Below, piece after piece: positions 30,805 to 41,493 of a DNA stretch of 64,000 nt. The position numbers and the translations under genes were made by a program. The DNA is from an uncultured Verrucomicrobiae bacterium. GTDB lineage: Bacteria > Verrucomicrobiota > Verrucomicrobiia > Chthoniobacterales > JAFAMB01. The DNA is taken from positions 128,001-192,000 of the forward strand of contig CAWEXO010000011.1 of NCBI GenBank assembly GCA_963813025.1. The letters are read 5' to 3'. Position 1 is the stretch's first letter, and each line of letters opens with the position of its first letter. Under the pieces are notes generated by a model that ran no database searches, was not told where the DNA came from, and saw only the letters and a list, made by a program, of their open reading frames with translations.

Positions 30805-33800
30805 GTGCAGGGCAACTCAACGCGAAATTCACAGTACGCGTCCTCCTGACATTCCAACCCGAGCGATCCACCCAAACGAGCGACCAAATCCTTGACCGCA
30901 TCCAAACCCACTCCGCGCCCGGCATCCGAAGTCGGGGTTCGCAAAGTCGTAAAACCGGGTCGGTACAAAATACTGGCCAATTTTGCCTGGCTCCAATTCT
31001 TTATTTCCGAATCAGTGGCATAGCCTAGCTCGACGGCTCGTCCCCGAATTTCCTCGTAATTGATGCCCCGGCCGTCGTCGCGCACCAGTAGGGTAACAAG
31101 TTGATCATTCTTCTGCAGCAAAGCAATCTGGATCGTTCCGACCGGACTTTTTTTCTTTTCGACGCGCTCGACCGGCGCTTCGATTCCATGGACGACCGCG
31201 TTGCGCACCAACTGGGACAGGATGGATTGGATCGGCTCCCGAAGCTTTTCCGGTAAATGCTCGGATTGCGAATTTCCATTGAAGCTGACTCTGACCTGTT
31301 TTCCGCTCCGGTCGCAGATATCGCGGGCCAGGCTCACCAAGGCATTATGATCTGTCGTACCATTTCGCTCGGCCGGCAGAGCTTCTTTCCGATTCAGCCG
31401 ATGGAGGACATCGCGCGTCATCTGCACCTGGTCCTGCACTGAGGCCAGTCCGGATGTAATCGGCAGAAATTGCTCGCCGGTGATAACATCGGCGGCTCGC
31501 AGATCCGCGATCTTGTCCTCGACCTCGTGAGCCAATTCTTCAAAGAAAGGCAGCTGCAACATTCCGGCATCGCCCTTTACCAAATGAACCGTACGAAAAA
31601 TCTTGTCCAAAAGGATTCGATAGCGGGCCGAGCGATCTGTTTCCGTCTCGCTTGTGCGAGCACTGAGATGTTCCGCTTCGAGCAGGCGAAGCGCTTCTCC
31701 AATTTTTGTATCAACTGTCTCGAGGAACTCCGCCAGAACCGCGGAGTTCACATGGAGCACACCGAACAGGCGATCGATCTGCGACCGCGCTTTTGCTTCG
31801 TTCTCGCGGATCTCTCTGCTCAGAAAGACACGTGAGGTCACATCGAGCGCGGTCACCATGATGTGGGCGACCTCATCGCCTTCAACGACTCGGTTGAACC
31901 GAAATTCGATGAAGCGGCTCCGCATCTTACCGTACGCGTCCAAATACTGCAGTTCGACCTCGGTGAGTGGATTCGTCTTTTGAATGAGCTTTTCCTTCAC
32001 ACGCGGATTCAAAAGCAATTCCAGGTAATGCTTTGAAGATTCCCGGACTTCGTCCGAGATCTTCGGTCGAAGACCGCCAGCGGTACCCCGTTCGAGTAGA
32101 GTCAGGAAATTCAACCCTTCGATTTTTCCGCCGAACATTTCCTCCGTCGCGCGCGAGCACTCCGGCTGAACCACAAAATTATTGTCGATCAGGAACAATC
32201 CATCGTTCACCGTTTCCAGAATCTTACGAACCTGCCGGTTCCGATCTTCGACTTGACCGATCATCTTGTTGAAGCGGCTGGCAAGAAATCCGATCTCGTC
32301 CCGGCTGCTGACGGGAGCCCGCACTCCGAGATGCCCGGCCGCGATCCGTTCGGCCGCCGTCACCAGCTGCAAAATGGGTCGGGAAAGGAAATGGGAAACG
32401 AGAATAGTCGCCAAGATCGCGGCCAGCAAAAGGACCAATCCGCCTTCGACAACCAGGCGAACCATTCGCGATGCCGGGGCAAACGCCTCTGCCGTATCCA
32501 TGCGAACGACCAACCCCCAGTCCAGATCAGGAATGTTGAGCGGCCCGAAAGAGCTGAGCGACTCACGCCCGATCTCATCGACAAAAGTCGTTTCCCCGAC
32601 GCTTGATAGCTCGTCGCTTGAGAAAACCCGGTTCACGGCGGCATTCATCAGAGGCAGGCTCAGGATGGCGCTCGGTGAACCCGGTGTGCCGTTGCTCAAG
32701 TACGTCCGAGTCTTGTATTCCGCCGGCAACAGGTTTAGGAACCGAGGCTCAGTGCGCAGCTTCCGATCGGGACCGACGATGTAGGTTTCCCCGGTTTCGC
32801 CCAAGCCAGCCTCGGTCCAGTGCTGACTGAAGCTCACTATATTGGTGAACTGGTAAGTCCTGAGCGCGTGCACCGCGATACCGATTCGTGAGCCTGTCCG
32901 GCTTACGATCGGACTACCCAAAAACATGACGGGAGCATCGTAAGCTGCCGGATAGCGCTCAAAGTCGGTGAGCGAGACAAGTTCAGGCGATGAACGAACG
33001 GCACCCGTCAAAGGCATATACCAGGCGCCCAAAAAAGCCTTCTTCAGCGCGCCATGACTCTGCCATCCTTTCAGAACATTCGTCCCAAAATCCCAAGCCT
33101 TGTTGAAGGTGTAAATGAGATCACCATTGGCATCAATCAGGATGAGATCATCATAACCGTTGCGGCGCATCACCATCTCGAACGACGATTGGTAACGATC
33201 GATCGCGCGAGCATACATCGTTTTGGCAAAGGCCTGCCGGAAATCTTTTGGCAAGTTTTCGTTAGCAGCGATATCGCCCGAGAAGTTGTTGAGGAACTTA
33301 CTGCCCTGAGGCGCCGGATTCCGCAGGATATAGACATACTGCACCAGTACGCCCTGCCAGGTCAGCGCGTCGACAGCTTCTGCCTGTTCCAGCGGGCGTC
33401 CCAGTCCTTTCAAAGCTGGGAGCAGCGACTGATCGTACTGCTCTCGCAATTGCTGCCGCAGACTATCAATAAAAGCGTCGTCGACCTTGAATCCACCAGC
33501 GTCGAGGTCGTCCAGCAGATGATCGTAGGCTGACCCCAGTTCGCCAATGGCATACCGGAAGGTTTGCAGATCGGCCTGAGTAGCCAGATCGCGGCGCTGG
33601 TTTGTCAGAAACGTATTGACCGCCAGTGAAATTGACCGGCGCAGAGTTCGCAACTCCCCGAAGCGCACGTCGCGAAGCGAAAAGATGGATAGATAAAAGG
33701 TGGTGACCGCCAACACACCCAAGAGAAGAGCGCACAGGACAATAACAAAGCAGAGCAGCTTACTTCGGATCGACGGTCCCCGCGGACGCAACCGACTTTC

Positions 33801-33833
33801 CCGCGAATCCGAGTCCATGGTCGTGCGCGTCAT
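30801..33833 (-). CDS. Membrane-bound sensor kinase: periplasmic Cache-like domain, HAMP, PAS-like, Hpt, CheA-type HATPase; no CheW domain
   Basis: Two TMs, HAMP (DEIGFLASRFNKM), Hpt IFRTVHLVKGDA, QLVRNAVVHGIE, DDGRGI, PGFTT..AGRGVGLDAVK; ends VELPCT. Confidence 0.88.
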   Translation of the reverse strand: MTRTTMDSDSRESRLRPRGPSIRSKLLCFVIVLCALLLGVLAVTTFYLSIFSLRDVRFGELRTLRRSISLAVNTFLTNQRRDLATQADLQTFRYAIGELGSAYDHLLDDLDAGGFKVDDAFIDSLRQQLREQYDQSLLPALKGLGRPLEQAEAVDALTWQGVLVQYVYILRNPAPQGSKFLNNFSGDIAANENLPKDFRQAFAKTMYARAIDRYQSSFEMVMRRNGYDDLILIDANGDLIYTFNKAWDFGTNVLKGWQSHGALKKAFLGAWYMPLTGAVRSSPELVSLTDFERYPAAYDAPVMFLGSPIVSRTGSRIGIAVHALRTYQFTNIVSFSQHWTEAGLGETGETYIVGPDRKLRTEPRFLNLLPAEYKTRTYLSNGTPGSPSAILSLPLMNAAVNRVFSSDELSSVGETTFVDEIGRESLSSFGPLNIPDLDWGLVVRMDTAEAFAPASRMVRLVVEGGLVLLLAAILATILVSHFLSRPILQLVTAAERIAAGHLGVRAPVSSRDEIGFLASRFNKMIGQVEDRNRQVRKILETVNDGLFLIDNNFVVQPECSRATEEMFGGKIEGLNFLTLLERGTAGGLRPKISDEVRESSKHYLELLLNPRVKEKLIQKTNPLTEVELQYLDAYGKMRSRFIEFRFNRVVEGDEVAHIMVTALDVTSRVFLSREIRENEAKARSQIDRLFGVLHVNSAVLAEFLETVDTKIGEALRLLEAEHLSARTSETETDRSARYRILLDKIFRTVHLVKGDAGMLQLPFFEELAHEVEDKIADLRAADVITGEQFLPITSGLASVQDQVQMTRDVLHRLNRKEALPAERNGTTDHNALVSLARDICDRSGKQVRVSFNGNSQSEHLPEKLREPIQSILSQLVRNAVVHGIEAPVERVEKKKSPVGTIQIALLQKNDQLVTLLVRDDGRGINYEEIRGRAVELGYATDSEIKNWSQAKLASILYRPGFTTLRTPTSDAGRGVGLDAVKDLVARLGGSLGLECQEDAYCEFRVELPCT

Positions 33834-35065
33834 AGTTTGCCGACCAAAGCAGGTCGCCTCAGCACCTGAACAACCCTCGCCCGGCCTCCGCTGATCTGAG
33901 TGAGAAACACGGGATGATCGCTTCTCGCCGCACTTGCCTCATTCTTCGTTGCCCGGAGATCCGAATTCTGCAAAGCTTTCAGGAAGCTTTGTCCGGTCAG
34001 TTCTGGACCCGCTTTATCCAAAGCGGAAACCAGGACCCTCGCGTTGACGTAACCCTCGAGTCCAGCATAAGTAAAGTCCTGCGAACCGACACTGCGCAAA
34101 TCGTCCTGGTATTCGCGCACGACCGGGTCCGACCGATTCTCCGGCGATGGAACAACCTCTGCAATGACCATTCCGTCGGCAGCGGACCCGAGCAGCTTGA
34201 TCAGGTTCTCTGTACCGGTTGGGCTCAAACAGGCAAAGATCACGCCGGTTAAGCCTCGGGCTCGCATGGCCGAAACCAGATTGGCGCAGGGCTGATAAGT
34301 TCCGACCAGCACGACCGCCTCGGGTTTGGCCGGCACCAGTTGGTCGAGCGCGGGTTGGACATCCACCGAATTGCGAATGTAAACGCCTTCTCCGGCTAAC
34401 TCGAGTCCCCGCTGGTGGAGAGCTTCCTCGAGCGCGTTTCGACCGGCATCGCCAAAAGCGTCATCCTGTCGAAAAAGACCGATGCGGGTTATGCCGAGAT
34501 CTTTCGTCAGATGGCTGACAATCATTTCGATCCGCTGCCGGGAAGTGGGGCGATTAACGAAGACCAGCGATTGCGCGGGATCGTCCGATTCCGAGTTGTT
34601 CGTAATAGCCCCGACGAGCGGAATATTCGCTTCGCGCAGCATCGGCCGGACCGCGTCGCAAACCGCGGTTCCCACATATCCGAACAAAGCAAAGACGCGA
34701 TCCTGGTTGATCAATCGCTCGGTGTTCACGACCGCGTTCAACGGTTCGTACCGATCGTCATAAGCAACTAGCTTCAGTTTTCGCCCGTGGACGCCTCCTT
34801 GCCGATTGACTCGGCCAAAATAGGCTTCCGTGGCGAGTTTGAGAGCGGAACCGACGGCCCCGAATCGGCCTGACTGGCAATTCGACATCCCGATGCGGAT
34901 CTCATCTTTCGCCAATGGTCGATCGCGGATCAGAAACTGCGCTGGACCGAGCTGGCAGGTAAACGACGCGGCGGCCAGCAAAAAAACGCGGAGACCAGCC
35001 CTGCAGAATACGAGCTGCGTTCTTTTAAACCGGGACTCTCGCCGCATTAAGATTTCAGAGCACAA
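33830..35065 (-). CDS. Type-1 periplasmic ligand-binding protein (LivJ-like family)
   Basis: IRIGM, VNRQGGVHGRKLKLVAYDDRYEP, FGYVGT, QDDAFG, LEGYVNA; stop overlaps the kinase start. Confidence 0.88.
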   Translation of the reverse strand: MCSEILMRRESRFKRTQLVFCRAGLRVFLLAAASFTCQLGPAQFLIRDRPLAKDEIRIGMSNCQSGRFGAVGSALKLATEAYFGRVNRQGGVHGRKLKLVAYDDRYEPLNAVVNTERLINQDRVFALFGYVGTAVCDAVRPMLREANIPLVGAITNNSESDDPAQSLVFVNRPTSRQRIEMIVSHLTKDLGITRIGLFRQDDAFGDAGRNALEEALHQRGLELAGEGVYIRNSVDVQPALDQLVPAKPEAVVLVGTYQPCANLVSAMRARGLTGVIFACLSPTGTENLIKLLGSAADGMVIAEVVPSPENRSDPVVREYQDDLRSVGSQDFTYAGLEGYVNARVLVSALDKAGPELTGQSFLKALQNSDLRATKNEASAARSDHPVFLTQISGGRARVVQVLRRPALVGKL

Positions 35066-35194
35066 GCAGGCAGGTTGAGAACCGAGAAGATATCGCCGGG
35101 AGGCATAAAGTTCAACGCCCGCATTTTTTAGGCTCTTCCGCTACGCTGCCGGAAAGTCTCGATTTTGAAAACGCGGCGGCCGTTCCGGTCGGCG

Positions 35195-35364
35195 TGAGCG
35201 TGCTGCCGAGCGCGCAGCAATTGGGTGAAATCAACCGATTGATTGCTGCAGGGAAACTGAAAACCCATGTCGCAATGGTTCTACCGTTGGCGGAGGTCAG
35301 GAAGGCGCATCAGTTTTCTCAAAGCGGCCGGACCCGCGGCAAAATTATCTTGCGGCCAGGATAG
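35195..35364 (+). pseudogene. C-terminal relic of an NADP-dependent (MDR/quinone) oxidoreductase
   Basis: PSAQQLGEINRLIAAGKLKTHVAMVLPLAEVRKAHQFSQSGRTRGKIIL*; no N-terminal part. Confidence 0.7.
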
Positions 35365-35419
35365 TCTTGCGAACCTGAGAGCGAGAACCCCGCGGCGGTG
35401 ACGTAACATATTCGCGATG

Positions 35420-35745
35420 GGCAGCATCCGATATTCCGTATCAAACCCACGCCGGGTTTGCAGCAAGCGCATTACTGCTTCCGGCGTCGGTGCTCGATCC
35501 TCGGGGTGTACGCGATCGATAAATTTTTGAAAGTCGAGCCGTTCACTCGCCTCGAAGCCGAAAAGCGAGCGACATTTTGCCGTCGCCAAATCTTGTCGTG
35601 CGGAATGTCTTACACCCACATCCCGAGGTTCGCCGATTCCGCAGCGAGGCTCATCCGCTCCTCGCTGTCACGCAGCGATCCAGCCGCCCCTTTCCACCTC
35701 GAGCGCTGAACGATTAAGCCCACGATGAGCTCCTGGCCTATGTTG
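35420..35745 (-). pseudogene. Internal relic of a PAS-domain sensor kinase
   Basis: LIVGLIVQRSR..LRDSEERMSLAAESANLGMWV*DI..LFG..FIDRVHPEDR..FDTEYRM, with an in-frame TAA and a frameshift. Confidence 0.7.
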
Positions 35746-36031
35746 GTGGTTTGGCACAGCATCAAGCTTATCAGCAGCTCCGTTTGGCAAATAAATTGGC
35801 TAACGAAAATCTCGAAGCCGCGGAGATTAACCGGGATGCATCGATGGATTGGGGCCGGTGGGGCGGATGGGGAGGCGCGGGATGGGTAAGGCTAAGATAA
35901 TGGACCGATACGGAACAGTGGCGCGCGAGCGCCCCGGAGCGCGCTCTTTACGGAAGCCATCCCGAACTCATACCAGGTTAAAGTGCGACAACGACAAAGA
36001 TAGACGTATTCTGAAACAGGTGGAATTAACT

Positions 36032-37519
36032 ATGAATCATTCGACGGAAAGGAACTTTGCGACTACGCCAAGGCAGGTTTCCAGGAAGAAAGCGCGGTTG
36101 CTGCCCCTCCTTCCTTTGGCCTTTACGCTGCTATTGGCCGCTTGTGCCGCATATGGACCCTACCACCCCAATACATCCAGTGAGCCGCTCAATTCAGTCC
36201 GGGGACCCGCCGATGGCCGCTACAAATTGGCCTTCGTCGAATTCGGTGATCAAGGTTCGGCGCTTGACACATCCCAGCGAACAGCTGCGCTGGATATCAT
36301 CCACCAAGCTCCACGCCCGATGCTTTTTGTCTATATTCACGGCTGGCAGAACAATGCAAACTCAGGCGATGTCTGCCGCTTCGAGCACTTCATTGATACA
36401 ATGTCGCGCTTTCCCGAGGTCACGGGGCGAAAGCTTAACGTGATTGGGGTCTATATCGCGTGGCGCGGCGAAGACATTACCCTACCCATAGCGAAATTTC
36501 TTACGTTCTGGAGCCGCAAGTCCGCTGGCTCTACAATCGCCGCACAAAACGGCATCCTGGCGGCGATCAGCGAACTCGCCTTGGCAGCGCGCGCCCCTGA
36601 CAAGACGTTTCACCATTGCGTGCTGTTAGGCCATTCTTTTGGCGGACTCGTGCTGGAGAATACAATTTCTCATTCTATCCTTGATGCCAGCAGCGCAGGT
36701 TCGCGCAATACCAGCCCATGGGACATGGCCGTGGCCTTTAACCCGGCGGATAGCTCTATCGGTACCCGGCAGTTGATGTCGGAACTCGACTACCTTTATC
36801 AGTACGACCCGGTACGGCATGGGTACGTCGCTCGATCTCCCGGAGCTGAAAAGGGCGACGTCCTGGGCGAAAACCGTCCATTCCTTGTCATTCTCCAATC
36901 TGAAAACGACAAAGCGACAGGTCAATTCTTTCCGATGGGCACAGAACTCTTTAATATCGTAAATCTGCGTGCCCATTGGGATAGAGTTCCTCTGCCCGGC
37001 AGCAACGGACAAAAAATGTCGGAGAGAGAATTCTATACCCATACACCCGGCAACAATAAGTACCTGGTCAATTACCACGTCGTTCCACTTGGAGGAGCTA
37101 CGCCGCCGCCAGTCCTGCGATCCGGCGAAAACAGGGCGTTCCAAGCCAATATCAGGGAGAACCACCCGAACTATACTTTTTATACGAGCGAGCATAACGA
37201 CGGCCACGAGGACCGCTTCTGCCACGGCTCAAACTATAACCCCGATGAAATACGTCCTGTTACCGGACGAGAAACATGGCGCCGGTGGCAATTTGTTTAT
37301 TCTGGAAATGCCCGCGTGCCGTGCTGGATTGTGCGCGTGCCGAAAGAGATTATTTGGGGGCATGGCGGATTATGGAGCGACAACTCTGTTGCCATGCTGG
37401 CAGCTCTCTTTCGCATCCATTTCCCGTTGACCGCTGAAGGCGGGATAGTTCCTCCATCGCCGCGTCTCGCCCCAAAAACTCCCGACCTTGAAGGACTCAA
37501 GCAGGATAGGCTGCACTAA
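36032..37519 (+). CDS. Putative lipoprotein, alpha/beta-hydrolase fold
   Basis: Lipobox LLAAC; VEFGDQG, FVYIHGWQNNA, IAWRG, TFWSRK, GHSFGG, SENDKAT, IIWGHGG. Confidence 0.8.
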   Translation: MNHSTERNFATTPRQVSRKKARLLPLLPLAFTLLLAACAAYGPYHPNTSSEPLNSVRGPADGRYKLAFVEFGDQGSALDTSQRTAALDIIHQAPRPMLFVYIHGWQNNANSGDVCRFEHFIDTMSRFPEVTGRKLNVIGVYIAWRGEDITLPIAKFLTFWSRKSAGSTIAAQNGILAAISELALAARAPDKTFHHCVLLGHSFGGLVLENTISHSILDASSAGSRNTSPWDMAVAFNPADSSIGTRQLMSELDYLYQYDPVRHGYVARSPGAEKGDVLGENRPFLVILQSENDKATGQFFPMGTELFNIVNLRAHWDRVPLPGSNGQKMSEREFYTHTPGNNKYLVNYHVVPLGGATPPPVLRSGENRAFQANIRENHPNYTFYTSEHNDGHEDRFCHGSNYNPDEIRPVTGRETWRRWQFVYSGNARVPCWIVRVPKEIIWGHGGLWSDNSVAMLAALFRIHFPLTAEGGIVPPSPRLAPKTPDLEGLKQDRLH

Positions 37520-37549
37520 AGGAATTTCGGCGCCAAATCTGGGCACCCC

Positions 37550-38514
37550 CGTCACGATCCCGATCGTTGTGGGTCTGAAGGAATTACACCTGAAAGCTTC
37601 CCACCTGGGATACCTGTTCACGGCCATGGCCGTCGGCGCCGTCATCAGCGGCAGTTTCATCATTCCGTGGGCGCGCGCCGAGTATTCGCCGCAACGGGTC
37701 ACGACCGCCGCGAATTTCGTGTTGCTGCTGGTTTGCTGCCTAATGGCTTTTGTCCATCGACCCTACGTATTCTTGGTGGTTGCCGGGCTCGCGGGCATGG
37801 GATGGACCCTTTCGGCTTCCGAGCTCTGGGCAGCAAGCCAACGTGCGATGCCGGACTGGGCACGGGGACGCATGAACGCGACCATGGTCATGGTCTCGCA
37901 GGCGGCAACGGCGCTGGGCGGAATCATCTGGGGATTGGCGGCGCATCTTCTGGGGGTCGTTCCCACGTTCCTGGGAGGTGCCGTGGTGGGCACCTTGATC
38001 ATGATCGTGGTCCGTGTAGTTCCCCGCCTTCAGATCTCGATCGACATACCAAAGCCTCACGTTTGAGTCGACGCCGGTCTCCATCTTCGGCCAAGGCCTT
38101 GAGCCGGGCCGGTCGCCTGCGCACGAAGATGGGCCGGTATCCGTCACCGCCGAATTCCAGATTGATCCGACGCGCCGAAACGAATGCATCAACTTGATGC
38201 GCGACGCCCGCCTGATCTTTTTGCGAAATGGCGCCTTCCCGTGGCATTTGTACGAGGATCTTCATCAGCCGAACAAATTCCGGATGGAAGTGGTGGTGCC
38301 TTCCTGGAAGCAACACTTACTCCAACGCGAGCGGATGACAAAGCAGGAAAAGGACGTCCTGCTCAAGCTTCGTGGCTTGCGAACCGATCCCAACCCTCCG
38401 GAGGAATGGATCTTTCTGTCTGTGCAGAAGGAAGTTCTTAACAAGGCAGTTAGGACAGGGGAGACTGCCGTCCAATCACCTCGATCAATAAGCGCCTCCC
38501 CTGAGCAAGGCTAA
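37550..38514 (+). pseudogene. 5'-truncated MFS transporter (MFS_3 / transmembrane secretion effector type) with C-terminal soluble domain
   Basis: Only the C-terminal TM bundle (QRAMPDWARGR) plus R..FLRNGA..W.LYEDL..PSW..HLLQRERMTK; N-terminal half missing; frameshifts. Confidence 0.72.
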
Positions 38515-38899
38515 CTAAGTTATGCGCGACCCTTGCAGACCCGGCGAGTCGTCCTACGCGATGGGCAAGCGTTTTTCCTCGCAGGAGGTGATGAAGCAAG
38601 AAACCACGCGCAACCTAGCCGCGGACGCGAGACCGTTTGCTCAACTTCGAGGTCGGTTCTAGTTGGCTGGTGTCAGTTCACTGACACGGTTTTGGAAGGG
38701 AACTCGGCCAGACCTGGCAACACGCCACCGAGGAACTGGCGAATCGGTATCTGGTGCCGTCCGGCGAAGAAACTTCTCACTTAAGCATTTAAGCCTGCGT
38801 CAGTTCTTCCAAGTGGTGCTCGGAGCTCGGACCATGTTCCTCCACAAAATCCGCTTGGCCTCCTCCCAGGATGCGCTAATCTGCTTCTCCTCGGAAAAC

Positions 38900-38972
38900 G
38901 GTGGCCGTAGCTCAATGGTAGAGCCCTGGATTGTGGTTCCAGCTGTTGCGGGTTCGAGTCCCGTCGGCCACC
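38900..38972 (+). tRNA. tRNA-His (GUG)
   Basis: G-1 plus GTGGCCG/CGGCCAC acceptor stem, AGCTCAATGGTAGAGC D arm, CTGGA-TTGTGGT-TCCAG anticodon arm, GGTTCGAGTCC T arm; full CCA not encoded. Confidence 0.97.
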
Positions 38973-39056
38973 CCGTGCTGGTGCTTCGTCACCGGGACAA
39001 CCATTCGCTGATAGCGATCGAGACTCGCCATCTAGCTAAAGCCTGTTGCGAAATGG

Positions 39057-39407
39057 TTAAATTTTTTTCGCCTTGGTCGCGATGAGTCGCTCCTTGTTTA
39101 AGGAGGCAAGTTCGCGCAAACGATCCTGAAGTTGAGACCAAGCGTCGACTCCCAGCCGGATTTGAGCCTCTAGATGGTGGGGAACATAGTAGCCGGTGGT
39201 TTTTCCGGTCTTTCCGCGATAGCTGATATATAAATGTGGACCGTGTTTAGGGCCGCCATGGTGGCAGCGGCAGTCTGGATTTCCACATCGGGCGATAAGT
39301 CTCAGATAACGATCCGTAAATGGCCGCCTGTGCCAATTGCCTAATCTGCCTGAGCAGTTGCAGCCGGGCAGCGGAAGCTTGGTTTTTGGTCGTTGGCATC
39401 GCTTCAC
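39057..39407 (-). CDS. DUF6788-like small Cys/His protein carried by the IS
   Basis: RCGNPDCRCHHGGPKHGPHLYISY..GKT..YV; start overlaps the transposase stop and its own stop lies at the inner edge of the terminal inverted repeat. Confidence 0.75.
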   Translation of the reverse strand: MKRCQRPKTKLPLPGCNCSGRLGNWHRRPFTDRYLRLIARCGNPDCRCHHGGPKHGPHLYISYRGKTGKTTGYYVPHHLEAQIRLGVDAWSQLQDRLRELASLNKERLIATKAKKI

Positions 39408-40126
39408 CCACTACGACAGCGCTCATTGCCGTTCTTCACACGGGCTCGACTCATCGCCACAAGATTGTGGGCGATGATGCACCAGCCAACGTGTCTTTCA
39501 AATCCAATCTCACCCTTGTAAAAGGCCCGCCGCATGCCGAAACAGTGTTTGAGCGTGCTCAGCCGCGCTTCAATGCCTGTTCTCCAGCCTTGGCCACGCC
39601 GAAACCAGCGCTGTTTCTGTCGCGCAGCTCGGGCGGCGCTTAAGCGACCGCAGCTCGGCAGCACTACTTGCTTGACTCCCAGCTCCAAGCGCAGCCTTTT
39701 CGTTGGCACTACTCCAGAAGCCTCGGTCAGCCGCAGCCAATTCTGGTGCTCGACCGAATCGCTCCAGATGTGTTTCCAGCGCCGGCATCCACTGTTGCCG
39801 ATCGCAAAGGTTGCCCGGGGCCACAGCATAATTGCTGACCAGCCCGTTTTCGACTTCGTCGATCCGGACCAAGCGACCAAATTCATTGGGTTTGTGAGCT
39901 TTACCCTTGCGAATGACCACACTGTGGGGCTCAAAGAGGCTCAAGATTTTCTCCGGATGGCGCGTCTGTGCCTGGAAAATTCGCGCCCGACTCTGAGCGA
40001 TAACTTTCTCAACCAAGGGCAGGTAATGTTTGAGAGAAGCTTCTGCTGCAAGGACCTTCAAAGAAGTCTCCTGCCGGGCCACTTGTACTTGCCCCGAAAA
40101 AACGGACTCGAAATATGATCGGTTGG

Positions 40127-41164
40127 TTAGCTTAGTTTCTCGTGGGTTGCAAGGCAGAAGGCTGCACTTCGGGCAAGGTCGCAATCCGGCATAAACGGCA
40201 GCCTTCCCGCGCTTTCGCGCGGGCCCCTGCCATTTATTCCGTTTGCTCGTTTGCCCTTCGTTTCACCTTCTGCGGAAGGGGTAGCCATCACTTTTTCCTT
40301 CGAAAAAGTTGTTCTCTGTTTCTGTTGGTAAGCCGCTTCGTATTGGCGGGGCGTTTGATATCCTAACGCGCTGTGGAGACGTTTGTTGTTGTAGTAGACC
40401 TCGATGTATTCGAAGATGGTACTCCGGGCTTGAGCCTTGGAAGCGAAGCAGTTGGTCACCGGAAAACATTCGGTTTTTAACGTACTGAAAAAGGCTTCCA
40501 TCTTGGCGTTGTCATAGCAATTGCCGGCGCCACTCATGCTCTGGCAGGCTTGGATGACCTCCAGCGGTTTGCGCACTGCTTGGCTGGTATACTGACAGCC
40601 CCGATCGGTGTGAAAATATAGCCCCGGTGGTGGTTGGCGCAGCACCAGGGCGTTGTGGAGCGCTCTGACCACCAGACTGGCCTCCAGGCTCTCGGCCAGC
40701 TTCCAGCCCACCACCCGGCGACTAAAGAGGTCCAGAATAATCGCCAGATAAAGCCAGCCTTCGGCCGTCGCGACATAGGTGATATCACTCAGCCAAATCT
40801 GATCTGGCCCCTCGGAGACAAGCTCCGCAATCCGATTGGGTTCGGCCTCTTGGCCAGCCACGGTTGTCCGGGGACGAAAAGCACGTTTTTTCCGAGCCAT
40901 CAGCTTCTGCTCCCGCATGAGCCGAGCGACCCGATTCTTCCCCACTCGCCGGCCGGCAGCGCGCAAAGCCAAGGTGACTCGTGGACTGCCGTAACGTTGC
41001 TCATTTTGCGCGAAGATTTCCTGAATCTCGCTGAGCAATTGAGCTTCTGCTCGGGCGCGCTGGGTGACTTCCCCTTTTTTCCACTGGTAATACCCGCTGC
41101 GCGATATCCCAAGAGCGGCGCAACTTTCCTTGACGCCATACTGAACCGAGAGCCCTTCAATCAT
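40127..41164 (-). CDS. IS3 transposase OrfB (DDE integrase core)
   Basis: YGSPR, WLSDITY, LDLFSRRVVGW, HTDRGCQY, CYDNAKMEAFF..LKTE, YNNKRLHSALGY. Confidence 0.95.
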   Translation of the reverse strand: MIEGLSVQYGVKESCAALGISRSGYYQWKKGEVTQRARAEAQLLSEIQEIFAQNEQRYGSPRVTLALRAAGRRVGKNRVARLMREQKLMARKKRAFRPRTTVAGQEAEPNRIAELVSEGPDQIWLSDITYVATAEGWLYLAIILDLFSRRVVGWKLAESLEASLVVRALHNALVLRQPPPGLYFHTDRGCQYTSQAVRKPLEVIQACQSMSGAGNCYDNAKMEAFFSTLKTECFPVTNCFASKAQARSTIFEYIEVYYNNKRLHSALGYQTPRQYEAAYQQKQRTTFSKEKVMATPSAEGETKGKRANGINGRGPRESAGRLPFMPDCDLARSAAFCLATHEKLS

Positions 41165-41493
41165 CGCATACCGGGATTCGGTTCTTCCCCCAGGATGCTC
41201 ATCGCTTTTTTTAAGATTTCCCGTTGGCGTTTGAGATACTCAATCTCTTTGTGCTGCTGCCGAATCAGCTCCGCCATTTCTTCAGGACTTTTCATCTCCC
41301 CGTTGATCTCGGCGGGCACTTGCTGGCCCAGATACGCCTTTTTCCAGAGGTTTAAACTGTACGCGCTGACGTCCAGCTCCCGGGCCACTTGCCGCTGTGT
41401 TTTGCCGCTGTGGATGATCAGTTCCACCGCTTGGCGTTTGAATTCTTCCCCGTATCGACGGGCCATTTTACTCTTCTTCACGGTCTCGTTCAT
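41161..41493 (-). CDS. IS3 transposase OrfA (HTH)
   Basis: RRYGEEFKRQAV..VARELDV..W, EILKKAM; A7G slippery site near 41205-41212 and ATGA overlap with orfB. Confidence 0.93.
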   Translation of the reverse strand: MNETVKKSKMARRYGEEFKRQAVELIIHSGKTQRQVARELDVSAYSLNLWKKAYLGQQVPAEINGEMKSPEEMAELIRQQHKEIEYLKRQREILKKAMSILGEEPNPGMR

